In this document: positions 51,101-59,239 of the stretch, in pieces | Layout of the letters: every line of letters starts with the position of its first letter | Position numbering within the stretch: position 1 is the stretch's first letter | Assembly (NCBI RefSeq): GCF_031769215.1 | Contig: NW_026781969.1 | Span: 124,001-188,000, forward strand | Length of the DNA: 64,000 nt | Origin: Ylistrum balloti | Taxonomy: Eukaryota | Reading direction: 5' to 3' | Position numbers and translations under genes: made by a program | The notes under the pieces: generated by a model | Told to the model about the DNA's origin: nothing | Database searches by the model: none | What the model saw: only the letters and a program-made list of their open reading frames with translations

Positions 51101-53870
51101 TTATGTCCAAAGTAAACGGTATTAAGTTTGATTTTTGACATATGTTTACAGGTAAGGCAGGATATTACATGTACCTGGAGACGTCCAGTTACGTGTATGG
51201 ACATGCAGCGGACCTAGTTTCTCCCGTCATTGACCACAGTAAATCATACTGTATCAATTTCTGGTACAGTATGAGGGGTATCCAAGTAGCTGATCTTAGC
51301 CTCATCACAGATGTAAGAAACATACCCATCTTATAAACACTGAAATACAGTTTGTGTAAAGGAATATATCAACTTTGCTGACATGCGCATTGACGCTACT
51401 CTCAGTAGGGTCGTATATCAATATTTTGTAGTGTGAATCATCATTATCAATACAAAGTCCATGCGTTATTGATAATGATGCGATGTATCAGGTTGCGTAC
51501 ATGAAATTCCAATAGATAGCAATTTTACTTTGAAGAATGTGTTAAAAAACAATGAAAAGCATGATTCTGCTTGCATGGACAATGCATTTTGTTCCAAACG
51601 TAAGGAAATTGGAAGAAATAAACCTCGAGATTGAGATCCAGACTCCTACAAACGGGTTAATGAATCACTGCCCGCGTGATTCTTCTAATATAGGTTCTGC
51701 CGATCACCTTGGTCATGGTAATGTAGAAAAAATATGAAAGGTACAAAAATGAGTAGAAATTGTCTGTAATTTTCGATCAAAACATTATCTGGAAATCGTT
51801 GTTTGCTATAAATTACTTTTGCGTAGGGTTTATTTTCGCTTTTATGGGAAAGCAGAGTGAACAGCGAATTCAAATCACTCGCGCTTATTTGTACAGAAAT
51901 AATTCTTGATGGCATCCGTGTAGATTCTATTACTGATATCAGAGTCCGTATATCTAAAAAAAAAACCATCATTATGCGAATTTAAAGTCATTTCTAGATT
52001 GCCGTTCGCGAAATCATTTTTCGCGAATATGTCTGAAGAGGTAAGATAAAGTGTTTGCGAAAACTAAGTGATTTACAGTATCATTAGAAAGTTTTGTGGT
52101 CATAATTATCTTACTGAAAAAATGTTATATTTCCTTATGAAACCGGATATGCTTGGTACTTGTTAGGACGCCAGGTAGTTCCGTTGTTGGCTACGTTGTT
52201 CTCATTTCGGAACGTGACATTACTTACTTACATTGGCCGATTTTTTCATGACGTTTTGTCGTCGATGAGTTTGGAAACGCTCACCCTTCCTGAACACCAG
52301 ATCTTACTTTCCTTTTACTTTTTCGGGGTATCTGTTTTCACATCGTGGCCTTGTTCATTGAACCTTTTAGTTAGAATTAAAATGCCGTTGGCATTTGATT
52401 TTTTTTCTTTTCTCTTTTCATTTTTCGTCTTGAATTTTGTTTGTTTTTGTTTATTCATTGTCTTTTTTCCATACACCATCTCATGTACAATCTAATATCA
52501 CCTATATTACTCATTTTAAAATTTCCAATCAAATAATTTAACACAGAAATGTCAAATCGTTGGTTGACTTTTGGAAAGACGGCTTTCCATTTGGACTGTA
52601 TTAACACGATTGTAAATTGTACTACAGTTTCTTTTACAATTTAAGTCAAAGTTGTAAATATCAGATGTCCATTTAGATTGAAAGGCCTTGAATCTGAGTC
52701 AAGGTTGTAAATACCAGATGGCTGATGTCCATTTAGATTGAAAGGCCTTGAATCTGAGTCAAGGTTGTAAATGTCAGATGTCCATTTAGATTGAAAGGCC
52801 TTGAATCTGAGTCAAGGTTGTAAATGTCAGATGTCCATTTAGATTGAAAGGCCTTGAATCTGAGTCAAGGTTGTAAATATCAGATGGCTGATGTCTATTT
52901 AGATTGTAGGGCCTTAAGTCTAAGTAAAGGTTGTTAATATCATATTGATTTCGATTGACTGTCCTTTTTTCGAGTTAGAGCTCCAGATTTCTATCAGTTT
53001 CTTATCCTTATTTGACTAGAACCAGCTTGTACTTTCTTTCTTTGTTTCCAATTAAACTCCCTCGTCACAACATGTGTCATATAATGATTTCTTATATGGG
53101 TCCATGGCGGGCTTTTTATAGTGTTATCACATAGAAATGTGACAACCTGGACACCGTTACATATTTCACATGGCCGAATTACCGTTCCGAAATAGAAAAT
53201 TGCACGAAAGGCCATGTGAACAGCACCTATCAATACAAATTTAGAATAAGATGCAGTAAAGCTAAATAATGAATCACCAACATGATGATAAGTCATACAA
53301 CTGTTTCGCCCTTCTAGGACTCATGGGTGATGTTACGTCATACAACTGTTTCGCCCTTCTCGGACTCATGGGTGATGTTACGTCATACAACTGTTTCGCC
53401 CTTCTAGGACTCATGGGTGATGTTACGTCATACAACTGTTTCGCCCTTCTAGGACTCATGGGTGATGTTACGTCATACAACTGTTTCGCCCTTCTGGGAC
53501 TCGTCAGTGATGCTAACGGCCCGAAATATAATGCAACTGCGGAAAATCTAAAGTGATCGAAAGAAAGTTCAAATCTAGATGAGGAGGTGCTCTTTCCCTA
53601 TAATTCAATTAATTTCGTAATCATCAAGTATGTGTGCTTTGGTATTTTTGGAATGCTCTTGTTAATTGTTGTTGGTGTAATATTTTCTAGGATAGCCAGC
53701 TTCCTCTGTGGTCAAAGAGTGGCAACCTGGGCAACGATTGGCGTTCAGCACGTGTTCAACTTTCCCCTCGAAACAACGACTATCATCTGATATTCAGAGC
53801 TACACAAGGACGTGGTTACCATGGAGATATTGCTATCGATGATATAACCCTTCGAGAAGGAAATTGCTAA
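42020..53870 (+). CDS. Gene C: N-terminal hydrophobic anchor/signal + furin-site stalk + collagen triple helix + Ig + MAM protein (about 532 aa if no exon is hidden in the gap)
   Basis: Join of 42020-42199, 43830-43952, 45446-45497, 46414-46449, 47165-47479, 48640-48726, 49961-50281, 50709-50852, 51152-51312, 53691-53870; all GT-AG and phase-compatible. About 45 uninterrupted Gly-X-Y triplets; I-set Ig (LRC..ITWEK..LSIPEVYAYDTGRYRCTA); MAM (CSFEVDTCTWKQ..DDLDWTR..TGPLTDHT..YMYLETS..CINFWYSM..LWSKSGNLGNDW..GDIAIDDITLREGNC*). Confidence 0.9.
42318..43158. repeat. Composite 25/16-bp minisatellite in gene C intron 1
   Basis: atcctggaatctctgtccttgttat interspersed with atcctgtccttgttat. Confidence 0.95.
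43830..43952 (+). CDS. Gene C exon 2 (stalk with RLKR furin motif)
   Basis: cttccttag acceptor, gtaagt donor, phase 0-0; DVIDVFEDFIRSRPHYAEHFQNRLKRQLSMHGMVEEILQLQ. Confidence 0.85.
44221..44342 (-). ncRNA. Three tandem degenerate hammerhead ribozyme copies
   Basis: tcgtcag at 44242 and 44286, tcgtccg at 44331 (44-45 bp spacing); same catca-CTGACGA-gtcc..GAAA..tgatg scaffold; each copy has a core lesion. Confidence 0.7.
45105..45330 (+). mobile_element. Penelope-like RT end + tail relic
   Basis: KLLTQG*..CLKS then atgacaggtgccgtcgataaagcagaagatgcctacccttcctggtcttattttcgttgta. Confidence 0.55.
45446..45497 (+). CDS. Gene C exon 3 (Cys pair before collagen)
   Basis: ttgccag acceptor, gtaagt donor, phase 0-1; EKVLETHCQGNSTLCVK. 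Confidence 0.82.
46414..46449 (+). CDS. Gene C exon 4 (collagen, 36 nt)
   Basis: Long T-rich tract + cacag; GQKGVQGPKGFS; phase 1-1. Confidence 0.88.
46632..46991. other. Assembly gap (360 N) inside intron 4 of gene C
   Basis: Run of n. Flanking exons are both phase 1, so extra collagen exons could be hidden without disturbing the frame. Confidence 0.99.
47165..47479 (+). CDS. Gene C exon 5 (collagen, 35 triplets)
   Basis: 315 nt, phase 1-1, GITGPRGDLGDVGLQGQKG...GANGADGDV; donor gtgagt. Confidence 0.92.
48125..48560 (+). mobile_element. Penelope-like RT C-terminal relic with 3' tail
   Basis: NSPFLGSNNPVSLTYGVCI resembles NFPFLSSNIPSSPAYGVYI; followed by the shared tail motif. Confidence 0.65.
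48640..48726 (+). CDS. Gene C exon 6 (end of collagen, CxC)
   Basis: GMQGPQGQKGEPGPAGVSGVITDSDCMCK; phase 1-1. Confidence 0.88.
48778..49138. repeat. 30-bp minisatellite
   Basis: tcagatcctccgagctatccactggttatt. Confidence 0.95.
49961..50281 (+). CDS. Gene C exon 7 (Thr/Ser linker + Ig domain)
   Basis: ccttacag acceptor; Ig C-W-C pattern with DTGRYRC; donor g|gtaatt. Confidence 0.92.
50709..50852 (+). CDS. Gene C exon 8 (MAM N-terminus)
   Basis: GITQYDCSFEVDTCTWKQSVTDDLDWTRYAGPTESVSTGPLTDHTIGR. Confidence 0.92.
51152..51312 (+). CDS. Gene C exon 9 (MAM middle)
   Basis: GKAGYYMYLETSSYVYGHAADLVSPVIDHSKSYCINFWYSMRGIQVADLSLITD; donor gtaaga, phase 0. Confidence 0.9.
52170..52400 (+). mobile_element. 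Penelope-like tail relic
   Basis: ctcatttcggaacgtgacatt..atgacgttttgtcgtcgatgag..acgctcacccttcctgaacaccagatctta. Confidence 0.55.
52648..52935. repeat. 54-61-bp minisatellite
   Basis: gatgtccatttagattgaaaggccttgaatctgagtcaaggttgtaaat. Confidence 0.92.
53292..53517 (-). repeat. 45-bp tandem array, 5 hammerhead units (4 with mutated core CCCAUGA)
   Basis: Units start at 53292, 53337, 53382, 53427, 53472. Confidence 0.9.
53467..53517 (-). ncRNA. Minimal type-I hammerhead ribozyme with intact catalytic core
   Basis: Minus strand 5'-gttagcatca CUGACGA gucc cagaa gggc GAAA c aguu GUA^ugacguaac: CUGANGA, 4-bp stem II, GAAA, minimal stem III, GUA cleavage triplet, and stem I pairing gtt(a)gcatca with tgacgtaac. 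Confidence 0.8.
53691..53870 (+). CDS. Gene C exon 10 (MAM C-terminus, stop)
   Basis: ttttctag acceptor; DSQLPLWSKSGNLGNDWRSARVQ...GDIAIDDITLREGNC*. Confidence 0.92.
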   Translation, partial: DSQLPLWSKSGNLGNDWRSARVQLSPRNNDYHLIFRATQGRGYHGDIAIDDITLREGNC

Positions 53871-54519
53871 GAATTTAAAGAATTTAGAGTCGGGTTTCTT
53901 TAACTACACATATAGTGATAACCAATTAAAAACCGCTACTTTTACTATTCTTTCTTCTTTTTTTGTGGCAGTATTCATTCATTCGTTTGCATATTGACGG
54001 AAATTCCCGAATTATGTTGAAAACTTGCGTTCGTCTCCTGCCAGAGCAAGAACTATCCTTTGAAATGACGACATAACATAACCGCCGTAAATTTTTACCA
54101 AAATTGTTTATTTTAGTCCTCGAGAACAATTCACGGATTTTTGCAGGTTTTAATCCATTGAGGTTTTTTATACTCTTTTAGCCTTAATTATTTCCTCTCA
54201 GACAACCATCATGATTCTACGCCTCGCTCGTAGTGATCCGTAAAAAGCGTTAAAAAATTGACCCCCTTTGACCTTGAACATAGGTCAAGGTATTCTCTTG
54301 TCCAAACTTTGTCAGACGTCCAGCAAAATGTAGGCGACAGAAGAAAATTTGGCTTTGCTTATCGGCCAGTGTTCTACCTGGGTGATTTTGAGGCAGGGAT
54401 GTCATTTAGTAGCTCTTGGTGTTCTTACTTTACAAAATATGGGAAATTAAAAATTACTGATTAAAAGTATCTAGATCGAAAACACGTGGATGACAGCTGA
54501 GTCACAAAATTACATTGGT

Positions 54520-54700
54520 TCTAGTGAACTTAGTTAAGAAAATGACAAGGATGCTAGTTAACTTAGTGAAGACAATAACAGGAGTTCTAGTAAACTTAGT
54601 TAAGACAATCACCGGAGTTCTATTATACATAGTTAAGACAATGACAGGAGTTCTAGTATACATAGTTAAGACAATGACAAGGATTCTAGTGAATTTACAT
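54520..54700. repeat. 33-bp degenerate minisatellite
   Basis: agttaagacaatgacaggagttctagtaaactt-like units. Confidence 0.8.
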
Positions 54701-54861
54701 TACTTAGCCAATGATAGAAGTTGCAGTGACCTTTGCATAGTAAGACAATGATAGGGGTTCTATTGACTGTATCCGAGTTTGACAATGAAAGCTGTTGTGA
54801 ATTTTACCTAGGACGATAATGGTAGAGGTTCTAGTTAACTGAACACTTAACTACTGCACAA

Positions 54862-55062
54862 TTGACCTGTTGGGAAGGTCGTCGATGAACTACAGGACGA
54901 TTGACTTAAGGGAAGGTCGTCGATGAATTACCGGACGATTGACTGGAAGGGAAGGTCGTCGATGAATTACAGGACGTTTGACTGGAAGGGAAGGTCGTCG
55001 ATGAATTACCGGACGATTGACTGGAAGGGAAGGTCGTCGATGAACTACTGCACGATTGACCT
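54862..55062. repeat. 39-bp minisatellite at the distal end of the BEL fragment
   Basis: gggaaggtcgtcgatgaattaccggacgattgactggaa x5. Confidence 0.9.
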
Positions 55063-55074
55063 GGTTGGAATTAC

Positions 55075-57360
55075 AAACGAATGAGCACTCTCTCTTTTCC
55101 AAAGTCATTGCAGATTTATTCGTTGTTCCTTTCTGAGTAGTACTATCTGCAGAGCAAACCACGCGTTTGAGACACATAATGGCGCGAAGAAGGTTGTCCC
55201 TAATGGAAAACCTCTCAAAACGCTGAGACCAGGGTGTCAACCCTTGTTTTGTATCGGTCTTGTACGTCCTAATCTCTGGTATTACTTCTTTGTCCAAATC
55301 AGGTTCTTCCATGCCGTACGTGTTTGTCTCTACTGTGAGCGGATCTTGCCTCTTAAGCAAGGATTAAGGACCAGTTAGCCACATACACCCTGACATTTCC
55401 GATGGCGGTATAGCCCTAGTGGCTAGATCGGCAGGGTTCTTGTCTGTCGCGACATAAGACCACTGAGCAGGTATTGTAGACTGACGGATACGCGCTTCAC
55501 GGTTTGCGACATACGTGTAGAATCTCCATTGTTGGACACGTTGGCATTCAAATGTTGAACAATGGATTCGGCCACTTCTACAGCGAGAACTGCAGCGCAG
55601 AGCTTTAGACGGAGAATGTTATGGCCTTGTGTTGGGGCAAGTCTCGATTTGCCAAAGATAAACCCCAGATGAGGGTTTCCGTCATCGTCGAAGGTTCTTA
55701 TGTAAGCAACAGTTCCAATGGCTTTTTCTGACGCATCAGAGAATACATGAATGTCTTTGCAAGACGCGTCGTAGATAGGTACCGGACTGTAGGTCCAAGG
55801 CACTTTCAGCGTATTCAAATCTTGCAGGGACTCAACCCAGTGCTCCCACTCATCGCTCAAGTCTTTTGGGAGGGGCGAGTCCCAATCTTCCGTTGATGAT
55901 ACCTTTCTGAGAAGTAGTCTTCCTTGGATAGTAGTAGGTGCAATCAATCCCAAGGGATCAAAAAAGCTGTTAACACGGGATAGTATACCTCTGCGCGTGT
56001 AAGGCCTATTGTCGGCTTCGACGCAAAATTTGAAGGCGTCCAAGACTAGGTCCCACTTGAGGCCTAGACTGTTGGATGGGTAATTCATTTGTAGAAAGGT
56101 TTAAGTTTTTCAAACCACTGGCAAGTTCAACTTTAGGAAAAGCCGAGAGGACCTCCTGTGGATGAGAGGCTACCTTGTATAGCTTTAAGTTGCCTCCCGA
56201 TTATAAGGCTGCCTGTAAGAGAGAAATGGCTTCCTCAGGACGCGGGAAGTTCGTCATCCACGTAGAAGTTTCTTTCCGCAAATTCTCTTACATCCGATCC
56301 ATGAGCTTCTTCTGCATTAAATGCGGTTTCCTGAAGACCATATGTAGGTACCGCAGGAGGCGTCGTGTTACCAAACACGTGCACGCACATTCGGAACTCA
56401 ATCATGTCTTTTGAAAGATCATTATCTCAATACCAGAAGAAACGCAAGTAATTTCTGTTTTCTGGCTTGACATAGAAGCAGTGAAGCATCTTCTGGATGT
56501 TTGCCATGATTCAAACTTTGGCTCTGCGAAACCTCATTAATACTCCCCACAAACTATTAGTAAGGTCTGGACCTTTTAATAGTACTCTGTTCAACGAAAC
56601 ACCATCTGTTTCCGCAGAAGAATCAAAGACTGCCCGTATGCGGTCCTTCTTCTGGAGGTGGTACATACCAAATATAGTAAGGTATCCTAATTCTTCATTC
56701 TCTTCAGCATGGCCTTGACTGAAGATCTCATCTATGAACGCTATAAAGTGAGCTCTTTTTACGGGATCCCTTTTCAAGGTGTCGTCAAGAGATTCAGCGC
56801 GCTTGTAAGACATATCTCTATTGTTCGGAAGCCGAGGTCTAGGATTCTTGAACGGCAGCGGAGCCTCCCAGTTCCCATCCTCATTTTTCAACATTCCTTC
56901 TTCCATGATCTCTATAAAGTTGTTGTCTTGAACCGACATCGCTCCTGTCTCATCATCTGCGGATTTCACGAAAACATCTTGCCCGAAGTTATCTCCATTC
57001 CTCTGAGCAGAAAACTGATCCACTTGACTTTCACGTATGGATATGTTGTTTGGGCATGGTGGGAACAAAGATATTCGACCACTCGGTAACAGGTACGTTT
57101 TGAATGATGACATCGACTGAGGTGCATGTACCTTGTGGAGACAGGTTTCTCCGATTATTGTCCACCCTAATGGAAGACATTGAGCATAAGGGGTGCCTAT
57201 GCGTTGATCCAACACATAGTGTGCTTCGATAACATCTCTACCGACGAGAAGGTTGATGTCTGTGTCTGGTTCTAGTGGAGGTATGTGATCAGCTATGTCC
57301 AACAAATCGTGGTAATAAATCAGGTTTGGCCTATCATCCAGCATGGGCTTACGTAACAAA
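55075..57360 (-). mobile_element. Decayed BEL/Pao LTR retrotransposon pol fragment (RT + RNase H); gag, integrase and LTRs not seen
   Basis: IPPLE..LLVGRD..EAH; RAVFDSSA..SLNRVLLKGPDLTNSL; HVFGN; NFYVDD at about 56253; FFDPLGLIAP; HVFSDASEKAIGTVAYIR..GKSRLAP..RLKLCAAVLA; stops and frameshifts throughout. Confidence 0.92.
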
Positions 57361-57372
57361 ATAGGGTTTTAG

Positions 57373-58066
57373 TGTAACACATCTGGATTTTCATATGGGA
57401 TTGGTTGGAATAAGTTAGCTTAAACAATAGTTCGTTTAATGTTCAATAGTATATCAATAAAACACATATAGGTAGTTCACAGGGGTGTGGATAATTACTT
57501 GCATATATACACTTAGGTTGGTGTTGTCTGGGCCCCGAGAATCTTATCAGTGGGTGTATAGCTTCGGCTAGTCAATTAATTAGAGACTATACCCAGTTCC
57601 TTGATAATAAAACTTATGTAATTTACCGTTCGGACAGTGGTCACCTAGTGGTGGAGTAATTATTAGGGTATATTTCAAGTAACAAATTAGCAGGAGGAAT
57701 CTCAACCTTGCACCTCGAGTACAGGTGGCTATACTTCAACAATCGTATCATCCAGCAACAAGTGAAGTCCATATAAGGAGATAGCGGGACAGAATCGGTC
57801 AAGATGAGAGAAATAGAAGCTAGATTCTGGGGATAGGATAGAAGGGGTTTGGATACCCGACTGCACGGTCATAGACGGCCTTGGGGGAGCCCACCAGATG
57901 GACAGTTCTAATACGAGACACAATGTGAAGTACTAGTATGAGTATATGAACTATGTATATTGATGAGATGTTGCTTTTGAAAATGTAACATTATTATTAT
58001 TCAACATGTAATAAACATGGCTATTACCAACAAGTACGTGTGTTTACGCCTACATGCCGTATTATA
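57373..58066 (+). repeat. Putative 5' LTR of the Gypsy element
   Basis: Starts TGTAAC, ends TTATA (TTACA with one change) 1 nt before the PBS; contains AATAAA. No second LTR in the window to confirm. Confidence 0.5.
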
Positions 58067-58067
58067 T

Positions 58068-58085
58068 TGGTGCCGTGACCAGGAT
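58068..58085 (+). promoter_or_regulatory. Primer binding site, tRNA-His type
   Basis: TGGTGCCGTGACCAGGAT, near-complementary to the tRNA-His 3' end (TGGTGCCGTGACTCGGAT). Confidence 0.7.
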
Positions 58086-58277
58086 TTGAACGGGACTTAA
58101 AGATGTAAAAAACCAGAATTGTACCATCATTCATCAGGATGATAGTTACTGAATACATGGTTTACAGAAAGGACAGTTTCAACATGTCAGACACGCCTAC
58201 CCAGAAATCGAAGGTGAAGCAAAGACAGAGTATGGTAAGTGCTTTAGTTTTATCTAGACAGTGAAGTAATTCTAATT

Positions 58278-59121
58278 ATGGCAAACATTGATGCAAGTTC
58301 TGTTTTTCAAGAAATTAATTCACAACTTTCAAGTTTATGTTCTATCGTGAAGTACAAAATGTTAAGCAAGTAATTAAACCATTTTCAGGCAAACCAGAGT
58401 TATTTAAAACATGAATTAAAGATATAGAGAAATATGGTAAATCAGTAAACCTAGCAAAAGATAAATAAAACCTGATATCTCTCCAAACTAGTTTAGGACC
58501 AGCAAGCGACTTTATACAGAGATATTCAAATAACACTAATTCTACAGATTGGAACTCATTAAAGAAGGAAGAACAGCTAGATTTGTTGAAATAACCGATC
58601 CTCATCATACATTGATATCATTAATAAATATTAGACAAAATCAAGATGAAAATGTACAGGTGTATACAGAGAGACTTTTGGGAGAAACAGAACAAGCTTT
58701 TAAAGGGCAAGATGGGTCAGGAAAACAAGCTATAGAGAGTCAACTTATAGGGTTGTTTATTGATGGGTTAAAAGATGATGATATAAAACTTAAAATTATG
58801 AGAGAAAACCCTAAAACATTACAGACAGCTTATGATTGCTCGGTGTTAGAACAAAATCTCTCATTAAGATTAAAATTAAGGGAAGGAAACAAACCATACT
58901 CAAGTTGGCTTAAAACAAATGTTAACGACGGGGGAGATTGTAAGAATACAGATTTTAGATACTGGGGATGTGAAAAGCAGGGGCATACTAAAGACAGGTG
59001 TCAAAACACATTATGTTGGTATTGTGGAAAACCGGGACATATTAAGGGAAATTGTGGAGTGAACAAACAGGGAAAAGTACACAGTCCTTTTATGAGTTGG
59101 CAGATAAAAGGAGTGAAATAA
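58278..59121 (+). pseudogene. gag: Gypsy gag (frameshifted; two zinc knuckles, the first with C to Y)
   Basis: IKPFSGKPELFKT..; RQNQDENVQVYTERL; YWGCEKQGHTKDRC and CWYCGKPGHIKGNC. Confidence 0.8.
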
Positions 59122-59239
59122 AAACAAAAATGCCAGCAGAAAAGTGAAATAGCAAGTCAGCTAACAAACAAAAAAAATTCCAGAAAGAAGGGAGTTAATA
59201 AGAACAAAATACCTGAGTACAAAATAGAACTAGAAGGTA

